A stretch of DNA of 64,000 bases, from the NCBI GenBank assembly GCA_963665325.3, contig CAXXWS020000002.1, positions 768,001 through 832,000 on the forward strand, given 5' to 3'. The DNA is from Alphaproteobacteria bacterium. GTDB lineage: Bacteria > Pseudomonadota > Alphaproteobacteria > Bin95. The first letter of the stretch is position 1; every line of letters starts with the position of its first letter. The notes below the pieces were generated by a model. The model saw only the letters and a list, made by a program, of their open reading frames with translations, was not told where the DNA came from and did not search any database. The position numbers and the translations under genes were made by a program. Below, piece after piece: positions 1 to 10,582 of this stretch.

Positions 1-1
1 G

Positions 2-829
2 GGCGTGGTGGACGGGATCGGCGCGCGCCTTGTGGCGAAGGCCGGCTTCGACGCCATCTACATGACAGGCGCGGGGACCACGGCCAGCCGCCTCGGTATG
101 CCGGATGTCGGCCTGCTGACGATGACCGAGATGGCCGACAATGCCGGGCGCATCGCCGACGCCTCCGGCCTGCCACTGGTCGCCGACGCCGACACGGGCT
201 ACGGAGGGCCGGTGAATGTGCGCCGCACCGTCCAGGCCTATGAACGCGCGGGTGTGGCCGGGCTGCATATCGAAGACCAGGGCTGGCCGAAGCGCTGCGG
301 GCACCTGGCCGGCAAGAGCGTGATCCCGAAGGCCGAAATGGTCGCCAAGATCAAGGCCGCGTGCGATGCGCGCATCGACCCCGACTTCCAGATCATCGCG
401 CGTTGCGACGCCATTGCGGTGGAAGGCTGGGAGCCGGCTATCGAGCGCGTGGAGGCCTATGAGGAAGCGGGCGCCGACATCCTCTTCGTCGAGGCGATGA
501 CCACGATGGAGCAGCTCGCCTTCGCGCCGAAACATTTCGGCGTGCCGTGCCTGTTCAACATGGCCGGCAGCGGCAAGACGCCGGACCTTTCGGCGGCGGA
601 GATGGAGGCGCTCGGCTTCGGCATCGCGATCTTCCCCGGCATCACGATGTCGGCGGCCGTTCCCGCCATGACCCGCGCCCTCGACATGCTGAAGGAAACC
701 GGCGACGTCCGCCCGATGCGCAACGAGTTCATCCCGTTCCGGGAATATTTCGACCTGATGGGCATGGCCGAGGTCCAGGCGCTGGAAGACCGCTATGCGG
801 TCGATGAAACAACCCGCGTCGGCTATTGA
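2..829 (+). CDS. Isocitrate lyase/PEP mutase family C-C lyase (2,3-dimethylmalate/methylisocitrate lyase-like), 5'-truncated by window edge
   Basis: Motifs DADTGYG, HIEDQ, KRCGH (catalytic Cys loop), ARCDA; frame is open to the window start. Confidence 0.85.
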   Translation, partial: GVVDGIGARLVAKAGFDAIYMTGAGTTASRLGMPDVGLLTMTEMADNAGRIADASGLPLVADADTGYGGPVNVRRTVQAYERAGVAGLHIEDQGWPKRCGHLAGKSVIPKAEMVAKIKAACDARIDPDFQIIARCDAIAVEGWEPAIERVEAYEEAGADILFVEAMTTMEQLAFAPKHFGVPCLFNMAGSGKTPDLSAAEMEALGFGIAIFPGITMSAAVPAMTRALDMLKETGDVRPMRNEFIPFREYFDLMGMAEVQALEDRYAVDETTRVGY

Positions 830-841
830 GGACGCGCGCCC

Positions 842-2236
842 ATGCCAGCCACGATGTTCGACAAGATCTGGGATGCGCACACGATCCTGGAGCGTGAGGG
901 CAACACCCTCCTGCATGTCGCTTTCCACCTCTGCCATGACGGCTCGGCGGGAGGCTTCGCGAAGCTGAAGGAGCGCGGCATCGAGGTGCGCCGCCCGGAC
1001 CGCATGGCCGGCACGCCGGACCATTATGTGCCGACCACCAGCCGGCGCATCGAGGACCTCGCGACCGAGGACATGAAGCGCATCTTCCGCGCCTTCGGCG
1101 AGAACTTCTCCGCCAACGGGATCACGCATTTCCCGGTGGAGGATGCGCGCCAGGGCATCATCCATGTCGTGGGCCCCGAGCAGGGCTTCACGCAGCCGGG
1201 GCTGGTGATCGTCTGCGGCGACAGCCACACCTCGACGCATGGCGCGGTCGGGGCCATCGCCTTCGGCATCGGCTCGTCCGAGGTCGCCCATGTGATGGCG
1301 ACGCAGGCGCTCTGGCAGAAGCGGCCGAAGACGATGCGCGTCAACATCAACGGCGAGCGTCCCTTCGGCGTGACGGGCAAGGACGCGATCCTGGCCGTCA
1401 TCGCCCATATCGGAGCGGTCGGCGGCACGGGCTATGCCGTCGAATATGCGGGCTCGCTCATCCGCGCCTTCTCGATGGAGGAGCGGCTGACGGTCTGCAA
1501 CATGTCGATCGAGGCGGGCGCGCGCTGCGGCATGATCGCGCCCGACGAGAAGACCTTCGACTATCTGAAGGGCCGGCCGTTCGCGCCCGCCGGCGCCGAA
1601 TGGGACAAGGCCGTGGCCCACTGGCGCAGCCTGCCTTCCGACCCCGGTGCGGCGTTCGACCGCGAGGAGGCGCTGGACGGGGCCGCGCTTGCGCCGATGG
1701 TGACCTGGGGCACGAGCCCGGAGAACGCCGTCGCGGTGACGGGACAGGTGCCGGACCCGGTGGACGAGGCGGATGACGAGCGCCGCGCCGCGCTTGAGGG
1801 CGCCATCGACTATATGGGGCTCAGCGCCGGCCAGGCGATTACCGACATCGAAGTGGACCGGGTGTTCATCGGGTCGTGCACCAACAGCCGCATCGAGGAT
1901 CTGCGCGCCGCCGCGAAGGTTGTCGAGGGGCGCAAGGTCAGGGTCGGGCACGCCTTCGTGTCGCCCGGCTCCGGCCTCATCAAGAAGCAGGCCGAGGAAG
2001 AGGGCCTCGACCGCATCTTCACCGAGGCGGGCTTCGAGTGGCGGGAAAGCGCGTGTTCGATGTGCGTCGGCATGAACGGCGACATTGCGCGCCCCGGCGA
2101 GCGGACCGCGTCCACCTCCAACCGCAACTTCCGCGGCCGGCAGGGGCCGGGCGTGCGCACGCATCTGGTGAGCCCGGCAATGGCGGCCGCTGCCGCTGTC
2201 AGTGGGCGGTTCGCCGATGTGCGCGAATTCGGCTGA
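842..2236 (+). CDS. leuC: 3-isopropylmalate dehydratase large subunit-like aconitase-family hydratase (possibly a catabolic paralog)
   Basis: GDSHTSTHGA, IGSCTNSR, CSMCVGMN Fe-S ligands, STSNRNFRGRQG; GAGGA SD; N-terminal motif diverged (HLCHDGS rather than HLVHEVTS). Confidence 0.85.
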   Translation: MPATMFDKIWDAHTILEREGNTLLHVAFHLCHDGSAGGFAKLKERGIEVRRPDRMAGTPDHYVPTTSRRIEDLATEDMKRIFRAFGENFSANGITHFPVEDARQGIIHVVGPEQGFTQPGLVIVCGDSHTSTHGAVGAIAFGIGSSEVAHVMATQALWQKRPKTMRVNINGERPFGVTGKDAILAVIAHIGAVGGTGYAVEYAGSLIRAFSMEERLTVCNMSIEAGARCGMIAPDEKTFDYLKGRPFAPAGAEWDKAVAHWRSLPSDPGAAFDREEALDGAALAPMVTWGTSPENAVAVTGQVPDPVDEADDERRAALEGAIDYMGLSAGQAITDIEVDRVFIGSCTNSRIEDLRAAAKVVEGRKVRVGHAFVSPGSGLIKKQAEEEGLDRIFTEAGFEWRESACSMCVGMNGDIARPGERTASTSNRNFRGRQGPGVRTHLVSPAMAAAAAVSGRFADVREFG

Positions 2237-2252
2237 GCGGAGGGAGAGGCAG

Positions 2253-2882
2253 ATGGAACCCTTCAAGACCTTCTCCGCCGTCGGCGTGCCGCTCGACATG
2301 CTCAATGTCGATACCGACCAGGTGATCCCGGCGCGCTTCCTCAGCCGCCCGCTGGATGAGCGCTACGGCAGCTACCTCTTCCACGACCTGCGCTTCGATG
2401 CGGACGGCGCGGAAAGGCCGGACTTCGTGCTGAACCGGGCGGGCTTCCGGGATGCCGAAGTGCTGGTCGCCGACAGGAATTTCGGCTGCGGCTCCTCGCG
2501 CGAAAACGCGGTGACGGCGCTGGTGGAGGCGGGCTTCCGCACGGTGATTGCGCCGTCCTTCGGCGACATCTTCTACAGCAACTCGCTGAAGAACGGTTTC
2601 CTGCCGGTGCGGCTGCCTGACGAGACCTGCCGACGGCTGCGCGAGATGCTGCACGAAGGGCCGGGCGGTGAGATCACCGTCGATCTGGACAGTCAGACTG
2701 TCACCGCGCCAGACCAGTCCACCTACAGCTTCGAGATCGATCCGTTCCAGAAGAACAAGGTCATGCAGGGCCTCGACGACATCGACTTCACCATGCAGTT
2801 CCTCGGCGAAATCGAAGCCTTCGAGCAGGACTACGACACCCGCATGACCTGGGTCACGACCCGGCCGGTCCAGGGGGTCTGA
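2253..2882 (+). CDS. leuD: 3-isopropylmalate dehydratase small subunit-like
   Basis: NVDTDQVIPARFL, NFGCGSSRE, SFGDIF, GLDDID; ATG at 2253 after GGAGGGAGAGG. Confidence 0.85.
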   Translation: MEPFKTFSAVGVPLDMLNVDTDQVIPARFLSRPLDERYGSYLFHDLRFDADGAERPDFVLNRAGFRDAEVLVADRNFGCGSSRENAVTALVEAGFRTVIAPSFGDIFYSNSLKNGFLPVRLPDETCRRLREMLHEGPGGEITVDLDSQTVTAPDQSTYSFEIDPFQKNKVMQGLDDIDFTMQFLGEIEAFEQDYDTRMTWVTTRPVQGV

Positions 2883-3011
2883 CGGCGGGAACATCGCGAA
2901 TGAGGTTGCGCACACGGCTTTATACGCAAGAAAGTTTGCGTCTATGTTGATATTTGCGCATAGTCGGTTTATTTTGCGCGTAAGGTACTGCGCGCAAACT
3001 GGAGCGGCAAG

Positions 3012-4415
3012 GTGCAAAGGCGCACTCGGGAAGAGAATCTACAAGCGATAGAGCAGGCCATACAGAGCCGTTCCGAAGGCGTGACCATGCAGGAAATCGC
3101 GGGAGCGCTGGAAACCGCGCCGCCGCGCCGGACCCTGCAATACCGCCTCAAGACGCTCGTCGACAGCGGACGCCTCGTCATGGAGGGCTCGGGCCGGTGG
3201 GCGCGCTACCGTGTGCCCCAGAAATTCAGCGTGAATGCACAACCTTCATCATTCGTTTTCTCTACCGGCTCCGTTCAAGTAGAGGTATTGCCGCCGCTTT
3301 CGGACGCCGGTGCAGAGATACGGAAATATGTCCGCCAGCCCATAGGCGCGCGTCAGCCGGTCGGTTACGACTTGGACTTCCTGTTCTCATACCGGCCCAA
3401 TGAGAGCTTCTACCTCTCGCAGGACGAGCGGGCGCAGCTTCGGGACGTCGGCCGGGCGGGCATCGCGGAACAGCCTGCCGGCACCTATGCCAAGCAGATA
3501 CTGAACCGGCTGCTGATCGACCTTTCGTGGAACTCGAGCCGCCTCGAGGGCAACACCTATTCGCTGCTCGATACCCTGCGCCTGATCGAGGCCGGCGAGG
3601 CGGCGGAGGGGAAAGACCGGCGCGATGCGCAGATGATCCTCAACCACAAGAGCGCCATCGAGTTTCTCGTCGATGCGGCGGAGGACACAGGCTTCGACCG
3701 TTACACGATTCTCAACCTGCATGCAGCGCTGGCGGAGAATCTGCTGCCAGACCCGGATGCGCCCGGCCGTCTGCGGCGGTTCGGCGTGGGCATCCACGGC
3801 TCGGTCTTCCATCCGCTGGAAGCGCCGCAGCTTGTCGAAGAGTGTTTCGACCGGATTCTCGCGACCGCAGCTGCTATCGAGAACCCGTTCGAGCGGGCCT
3901 TCTTCGCGATGGTGCAGATTCCTTGCTTGCAGCCCTTCGACGATGTGAACAAGCGGGTGTCCCGCCTCGCCGCGAACATCCCACTCATCGGGGCGAACCT
4001 GGCGCCCCTGTCCTTCGAAGACGTGCCGCGGGATCTCTACACGGAAGCTGTCCTGGGGGTTTACGAACTGAGGCGCGTCGAACTGTTGCGCGATGTGTTC
4101 CTGTGGGCCTACAGCCGCTCCGCCGCCCGCTATGGAGCGGTGCGGCAGTCGCTCGGCGAGCCGGATCCGTTCCGGCTGCGGCACCGGGCGGCGCTGCACG
4201 AAGTCGTCGGCGCCGTTATCCGCGGCCGTATGGACAAGGCGCAGGCCAACGCTCATGTCGAGGGCTGGACCGCCCGGCATATCGACGAGCCGGAACGCGG
4301 ACGCTTCTGCGAGATCGCCGAGCGTGAACTCCTCGGCCTGCATGAGGGCAATTTCGCGCGCTACCGGGTCAGGCCGTCCGAGTTCTCGGCCTGGCAAGGG
4401 GCTTGGCGCGGATAA
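3012..4415 (+). CDS. Fic-domain protein with N-terminal winged HTH, non-canonical Fic motif
   Basis: N-terminal PRRTLQYRLKTLVDSGRL...G.GR.ARY HTH; inhibitory helix SSRLEGN; Fic loop QPFDDVNKRVSR; GTG start after GGAG. Confidence 0.85.
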   Translation: MQRRTREENLQAIEQAIQSRSEGVTMQEIAGALETAPPRRTLQYRLKTLVDSGRLVMEGSGRWARYRVPQKFSVNAQPSSFVFSTGSVQVEVLPPLSDAGAEIRKYVRQPIGARQPVGYDLDFLFSYRPNESFYLSQDERAQLRDVGRAGIAEQPAGTYAKQILNRLLIDLSWNSSRLEGNTYSLLDTLRLIEAGEAAEGKDRRDAQMILNHKSAIEFLVDAAEDTGFDRYTILNLHAALAENLLPDPDAPGRLRRFGVGIHGSVFHPLEAPQLVEECFDRILATAAAIENPFERAFFAMVQIPCLQPFDDVNKRVSRLAANIPLIGANLAPLSFEDVPRDLYTEAVLGVYELRRVELLRDVFLWAYSRSAARYGAVRQSLGEPDPFRLRHRAALHEVVGAVIRGRMDKAQANAHVEGWTARHIDEPERGRFCEIAERELLGLHEGNFARYRVRPSEFSAWQGAWRG

Positions 4416-4419
4416 GGGA

Positions 4420-5631
4420 TTAACCCCGCCGCCGTTCCGTCAACGCGACGCCGGTTTCGATGAGGCTCTCGACTTCGGTTGCCGTATAGCCGGTTTCGAC
4501 CAGTACCTCGCGGGTGGCGTTGCCGAAGCGCGGCGGTGCGGTGCGCACGGTGCCCGGCGTGCGGGAGAGCTTGGCGGCGATACCGGGCGCTTCCCACTCG
4601 TCGCCCTTAACCGAAGCGCGCATGCCACGGTGCAGCGTGTGCGGATGGGTGAACACCTCGGGGATCGCGTTGACGGGGCCTGCCGGCACGCCCTGCCGGA
4701 GCAGTGTGTCGCAGAGCGCGTCGCACTCGAAATCCGCGAGCTTTGCCTCCAGCAGCGGTTTCAGTTCGGCGCGGTTGCGCGAGCGGGCGGCGTTGTCGGC
4801 GAATCGCGCGTCCTCCGCGAGGTCGCTTGCGCCGATGGCGTTGCAGAAGCGCGCCCACTGGCCGTTGTTTCCGATGGCGAGGAAGGCCTGCTTGTCCTGT
4901 GTGCGGAAGGCGTCATAGGGGTAGATGTTGGGGTGGGCATTGCCGGTGATCGCCGGCGCCTTGCCCGACATGAGCCAGTTGGGGGCCTGCGGGTGCAGCA
5001 GGGCGACCGCACAGTCGTAGAGCGTGAGGTCGAGGAACTGGCCGCGGCCGGAGCGCTCGCGCTCCAGCAGCGCCATCAAAATGGCAATGACTGCGTTGAG
5101 GCCGGTGCCCATATCCACCATCGGCGTGCCGACCCGGACGGGACCGCTCTCGGGCGAGCCGTTGACGCTCATCATGCCGGACATCGCCTGGATCACGGCG
5201 TCGTAGCCGGGGAAGCCGCCGAGCGGCCCGTCGGCGCCGAAGCCGGTGATGCGGCAATGCACAAGGCGGGGAAAGCGTTGGCTCAGCACGTCGTCGTAAC
5301 CGAGGCCCCATTTCTCCAGCGTGCCGGGCTTGAAGTTCTCGGCGATGACATCCGCGCCTTCCAGCAGGCGCATCAGCACCGCCTTGCCGTCATCCTTCGA
5401 GAGGTCGAGGCCGATGGACCGCTTGTTCCGGTTGACGCCCTGAAAATAGGCAGCCTCGCCGTCGGCGCGGAAGGGCGGCCCCCAGTCCCGCGTCTCGTCG
5501 CCCTGCGGCGGCTCGACCTTGACGACCTCGGCGCCGTGGTCGGCGAGGATCATGGTGCAATAGGGGCCGCCGAGCACCCGCGTGCAGTCGATCACACGGT
5601 AGCCGGCGAGCGCACCTCCAGAATGCGGCAT
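4420..5631 (-). CDS. CaiB/BaiF family III CoA transferase
   Basis: RVIDCTRVLGGPYCTMILADHGAEVVKVEPPQGD, NRNKRS, ENFKPG, GYDAVIQA; ATG at 5631 after GAGGAG. Confidence 0.9.
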   Translation of the reverse strand: MPHSGGALAGYRVIDCTRVLGGPYCTMILADHGAEVVKVEPPQGDETRDWGPPFRADGEAAYFQGVNRNKRSIGLDLSKDDGKAVLMRLLEGADVIAENFKPGTLEKWGLGYDDVLSQRFPRLVHCRITGFGADGPLGGFPGYDAVIQAMSGMMSVNGSPESGPVRVGTPMVDMGTGLNAVIAILMALLERERSGRGQFLDLTLYDCAVALLHPQAPNWLMSGKAPAITGNAHPNIYPYDAFRTQDKQAFLAIGNNGQWARFCNAIGASDLAEDARFADNAARSRNRAELKPLLEAKLADFECDALCDTLLRQGVPAGPVNAIPEVFTHPHTLHRGMRASVKGDEWEAPGIAAKLSRTPGTVRTAPPRFGNATREVLVETGYTATEVESLIETGVALTERRRG

Positions 5632-5786
5632 GGGAGCGGGACTCCTCAAGAAACGGAGGGGAAGGCCGGGAACCTAGCGGGTGCAGCGGCTGCGCGAAAG
5701 CGGCGGACCCCGAAGTGTGCCTTGATGCTGTTTGGCTCGTCCGCTAGCTACAGGACGCCGGATGGCGGCGAAGCGGGGAGAAGACG

Positions 5787-7127
5787 ATGAATCTGTCCAG
5801 AATGCTGGCGGCGCGGGCCGCCGAGGGGCGGCCGGTGCGGGTCGGGTTGATCGGCTGCGGCAAGTTCGGCGCGATGTTCCTCGCCCAGGCGGGCCGGACA
5901 ACGGGAATGCATGTCGTCGGCATAGCCGATCTGGACCTTGAGCGGGCGCGCTCGCAACTGGCGCGCATCAATTGGCAGGCCGAACGCTACGCCGCCGCAT
6001 CCTTCGCCGATGCCTTCGGGGACGGCACGACATTTCTCACCGAGGATGCCCACGCGCTCATCGGGGCCGACGGTGTCGAGGTGATCGTGGAAGCCACCGG
6101 CAACCCGGCCGCCGGCATCCGCCATGCGCTCGCCTGTTTCGAGGCCGGCCGCCACATCGTCATGGTCAATGTCGAGGCGGATGTGCTGGCCGGACCGCTG
6201 CTCGCGCGCAGGGCGGAGGAAGCGGGCGTGGCCTGCGCCATGGCCTATGGCGACCAGCCGGCGCTGATCTACGAAATGGTGGACTGGGCGCGCACCTGCG
6301 GGCTGGAGGTCGTGGCGGCCGGCAAGGGCACCAAGCATATGGCGCACTACCACCAGTCCACGCCTGAGACCGTATGGGACTATTACGGCATCGACGCCGA
6401 GCGGGCGGCACTGGGAGGCATGAACGCGCAGATGTTCAACTCCTTCGTGGACGGCACCAAGTCCGGCATCGAGATGGCGGCGGTCGCGAATGCCACGGGT
6501 CTGAATGTGCCCCGCAAGGGCCTGTCCTTCCGCCCGGCCTCCGTTTACGAGCTCGCGGACCTGCTGAAGCCGGAAGCCGACGGCGGCACGCTGGAAGGCC
6601 GCGGCGGCTATGTGGAGGTGATCTCCTGCTTCGGCGCCAACGGGCAGGAAGTGCCGAACCATCTGCGCCAGGGGGTCTATGTCACCTTTGCGGGCGCGGA
6701 CGAATATGTGCAGCGCTGTTTCGCCGAATACCACGTCTCGACCGATGAGAGCGGCGAATATGCGGCGCTCTGGCGGCCGTCGCACCTGATCGGCCTTGAA
6801 CTCGGTGTGTCGGTGGCGACGGCCGCGCTGCGCGGCGAATCCACCGGCCATGCCGAAGGCTGGGCCGGCGATGTCGTCGCCACGGCTAAGCGCGACCTCC
6901 GCAGCGGCGAGACGCTGGACGGGGAGGGCGGCTATTGCGTCTGGGGCAAGCTGATGCCGGCGGCCGACTCGCTGGCGCTGGGAGGGTTGCCCATCGGCCT
7001 TTCCCACGGCGTGCGGCTTCGCAACGCCATACCCGTCGGCCGTCCCGTGACCTGGGACGATGTGGAGTTCGACCCGAACGATTCGACGGTCGCCTTCCGG
7101 CGCGAGATGGAGCGCGCCTTCGCTTGA
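5787..7127 (+). CDS. Homoserine dehydrogenase-like NAD(P)-dependent oxidoreductase with C-terminal SAF domain
   Basis: GLIGCGKFG Rossmann fold, VEATG, NVEAD, GDQP, DGTKS, C-terminal AKRDLRSGETLDGEGGY...LPIGL SAF domain. Confidence 0.85.
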   Translation: MNLSRMLAARAAEGRPVRVGLIGCGKFGAMFLAQAGRTTGMHVVGIADLDLERARSQLARINWQAERYAAASFADAFGDGTTFLTEDAHALIGADGVEVIVEATGNPAAGIRHALACFEAGRHIVMVNVEADVLAGPLLARRAEEAGVACAMAYGDQPALIYEMVDWARTCGLEVVAAGKGTKHMAHYHQSTPETVWDYYGIDAERAALGGMNAQMFNSFVDGTKSGIEMAAVANATGLNVPRKGLSFRPASVYELADLLKPEADGGTLEGRGGYVEVISCFGANGQEVPNHLRQGVYVTFAGADEYVQRCFAEYHVSTDESGEYAALWRPSHLIGLELGVSVATAALRGESTGHAEGWAGDVVATAKRDLRSGETLDGEGGYCVWGKLMPAADSLALGGLPIGLSHGVRLRNAIPVGRPVTWDDVEFDPNDSTVAFRREMERAFA

Positions 7128-8263
7128 CGGGAGCCGTCGTATCGGGGGCCGCAGGAGGGCCGCTGCCCGCCTGGCGCGCGCAGGTCGAAGCTCAGGCGCT
7201 GAGCGGTGACCCCGACCAGGAGGTCTGCGCGCGGGCCCTTCAGGACCTGCATGAAGCGCTGAAGTCGCCTGCCGCCGCGAGAACGGGCGGGCTGCTGGGC
7301 CGGCTGGGTCTGACACGCCGGCCGGAACCGGCGGCGGATGGGCCGCAGGGCATCTACATCCACGGAGCGGTCGGGCGCGGCAAGTCCATGCTGATGGACC
7401 TGTTCTTCGAAACCGCGCCGGTCAAGCGCAAGCGGCGCGTGCATTTCCACGCCTTCATGGCGGAAGTCCATGACCGCGCGCACCGTATGCGTAAGCGGGC
7501 AGGCGATCCGATACCGGGACTTGCCTCCGCTGTTGCCGCGGAGGCGACGTTGCTCTGTTTCGACGAGTTCCAAGTGGACAACATCGCCGATGCAATGATC
7601 CTCGGGCGGCTGTTCGAGGCGCTGCTGGCGCGAGGGGTCACCGTGGTCGCGACCTCCAACACGGCGCCGGCAGACCTCTACCGCAACGGCCTGCAGCGCG
7701 AGCGTTTCCTTCCCTTTGTCGACATTCTGCAGCAGCGCCTGCACGTGCTCGAACTGGCCGGCGGGGACGACCACAGACTGGCGCGGCTGAAGGGCAGGCA
7801 GGTCTATCACGCACCGCTCGACGCCGCCGCGGCAGCTGAACTCGACCGGGCTTTCCACGACCTCACCGACATGGAGCGGGGTGCGCCGGATACCGTCTCG
7901 GTCCGAGGGCGAGAGGTCGCCGTGCCGGAGGCCGCGCGCGGCGTGGCGCGCTTCCATTTCGACGACCTTTGCCGCAAGCCGCTCGGTGCCGGCGACTATC
8001 TGGCACTCGCCGAGAGGTTCCACACCTTCATCCTCTCCGGCGTGCCGGCCATGCGCCCGGAAGACCGCAACGAGGCCCGCCGCTTCATCAACCTGATAGA
8101 CGCTCTTTACGAAGCACGCTGCAACCTCGTGTTGTCGGCCGCGAGCGGCCCCGACAAGCTCTATCCCCTGGGCCTTGGAGCCGACATATTTCGCCGCACG
8201 ACATCGCGCTTGATCGAGATGCAGGCGGAGGACTATATCGCGCGCCGCCATATGGCTGCCTGA
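7124..8263 (+). CDS. zapE: ZapE/AFG1 family ATPase
   Basis: Walker A GAVGRGKS, HFHAFM, LCFDEFQV, TSN, RFINLIDALYE, RTTSRLIEM; probable TTG start overlapping upstream TGA. Confidence 0.88.
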   Translation: MTGAVVSGAAGGPLPAWRAQVEAQALSGDPDQEVCARALQDLHEALKSPAAARTGGLLGRLGLTRRPEPAADGPQGIYIHGAVGRGKSMLMDLFFETAPVKRKRRVHFHAFMAEVHDRAHRMRKRAGDPIPGLASAVAAEATLLCFDEFQVDNIADAMILGRLFEALLARGVTVVATSNTAPADLYRNGLQRERFLPFVDILQQRLHVLELAGGDDHRLARLKGRQVYHAPLDAAAAAELDRAFHDLTDMERGAPDTVSVRGREVAVPEAARGVARFHFDDLCRKPLGAGDYLALAERFHTFILSGVPAMRPEDRNEARRFINLIDALYEARCNLVLSAASGPDKLYPLGLGADIFRRTTSRLIEMQAEDYIARRHMAA

Positions 8264-8305
8264 ACCGCGCGGCCCTGTCGCCGTCCTCCCCCGCGAGGTG
8301 TCCTA

Positions 8306-9574
8306 ATGCCCGCTTATCTGGGGCCTATCCTGCCGATTCTGGCAGCGGCGGCATTGCTGCAACTCGGCAACGGGTTGCTCGCCACCCTTATCGGCGTGCG
8401 GCTGGAGAGCGCCGGTTTCGCCGCTTCCGTGGCGGGCCTGGTAACGACCGCCTATTTCGCAGGCCTGCTCGCCGGGTCCAGCCTGTCGGGCCACGTCATC
8501 AATCGCGTGGGTCACATTCGCGCATTCGCGAGCTTCGCGACTGTGCTCTCCGCAGCGGCGTTGATCTATGCCCTGTCCGGCGGGCCGTTCGTCTGGTCGG
8601 CCGTCCGGTTCGCCAACGGTTTTGCAATGGCGGGCGTTCTGCTGGCTATGGAGAGCTGGCTGAACCATGTCTCCGGCAATGCCCGACGGGGCTCCGCGCT
8701 CTCGGTCTATATGGCGGTGTGCTATGCGGCTCTGAGCGTCGGTCCGCTGCTGATGACGATCGAGGAACCGGGCGGCTTCGCGCTCTTCAGCATCGCGTCG
8801 ATACTGATGGGCCTGTCGCTGCTGCCGATGTCGCTCTCGAACCGCGCCCAGCCCGGCGTCACCCAACCCTCCCGGCTGCGGTTCCGGGACCTTGTCCGCA
8901 TCTCCCCGCTCGGGATTGTCGGCGCCATCCTGGCCGGTGCAATGATCGCGCCGCTGGTCGGCTTGACATCGGTCTATGCAGTATCCGTCGGCCACGGCGT
9001 TTCCGGCGCGGCGGCGTTCTGGCTTGCGCTTATCGGCGGCGGCTTCGCGCTTTCCTTTCCGATAGGCCGGCTTTCGGATCGTATCGAGCGGCGGCTGGTC
9101 CTGTCCGGCATCGGCTTTGCGGCGCTCGCGACCGCGCTGGTGTTCAGGGCGGCCGGGGACGGATCGCTTGAGGTGCTGATGCTCTTCGGTGCCGTCTTCG
9201 GCGGCCTCGTCTTTGCCGCATATCCTCTTTCCGCGGCGCATACCAACGACCATCTCCCGCCCGAGGACAGCGTGCCGGCAGCGGCGGGACTGCTGATCGC
9301 TTTCGGGGCGGGTGCGGTGGCCGGCCCCCCCGTCGCAGCGCTCGCGATGGACCTTGCCGGGCCGGGAGCGCTGTTCGACAGCGTGGCCGCGATCGCAGCC
9401 GGGCTCGGACTGTTCGCCCTCTACCGGCGCACTCGCCGGCCGGACGTGGATGAGGCCGAGAAAGGCGCCTTCATCGTACTGCCCCGTACCTCGCCTGCGG
9501 CCTATGAAATGGACCCTTGGACGGGCGATGCGACCGCAGGCGAACCGCTTGTCGGAGACGATGAAAGCCATTAG
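8306..9574 (+). CDS. MFS transporter (YcaD-like)
   Basis: About 12 hydrophobic segments, LLQLGNGL, RVGHIRAF, ESWLN, GRLSDRIERR, AHTND. Confidence 0.85.
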   Translation: MPAYLGPILPILAAAALLQLGNGLLATLIGVRLESAGFAASVAGLVTTAYFAGLLAGSSLSGHVINRVGHIRAFASFATVLSAAALIYALSGGPFVWSAVRFANGFAMAGVLLAMESWLNHVSGNARRGSALSVYMAVCYAALSVGPLLMTIEEPGGFALFSIASILMGLSLLPMSLSNRAQPGVTQPSRLRFRDLVRISPLGIVGAILAGAMIAPLVGLTSVYAVSVGHGVSGAAAFWLALIGGGFALSFPIGRLSDRIERRLVLSGIGFAALATALVFRAAGDGSLEVLMLFGAVFGGLVFAAYPLSAAHTNDHLPPEDSVPAAAGLLIAFGAGAVAGPPVAALAMDLAGPGALFDSVAAIAAGLGLFALYRRTRRPDVDEAEKGAFIVLPRTSPAAYEMDPWTGDATAGEPLVGDDESH

Positions 9575-9616
9575 GTTGCGGCCGGCAGTGGCGTCGTGGC
9601 GATTGGGGTGATTTGA

Positions 9617-10582
<966 letters not shown>

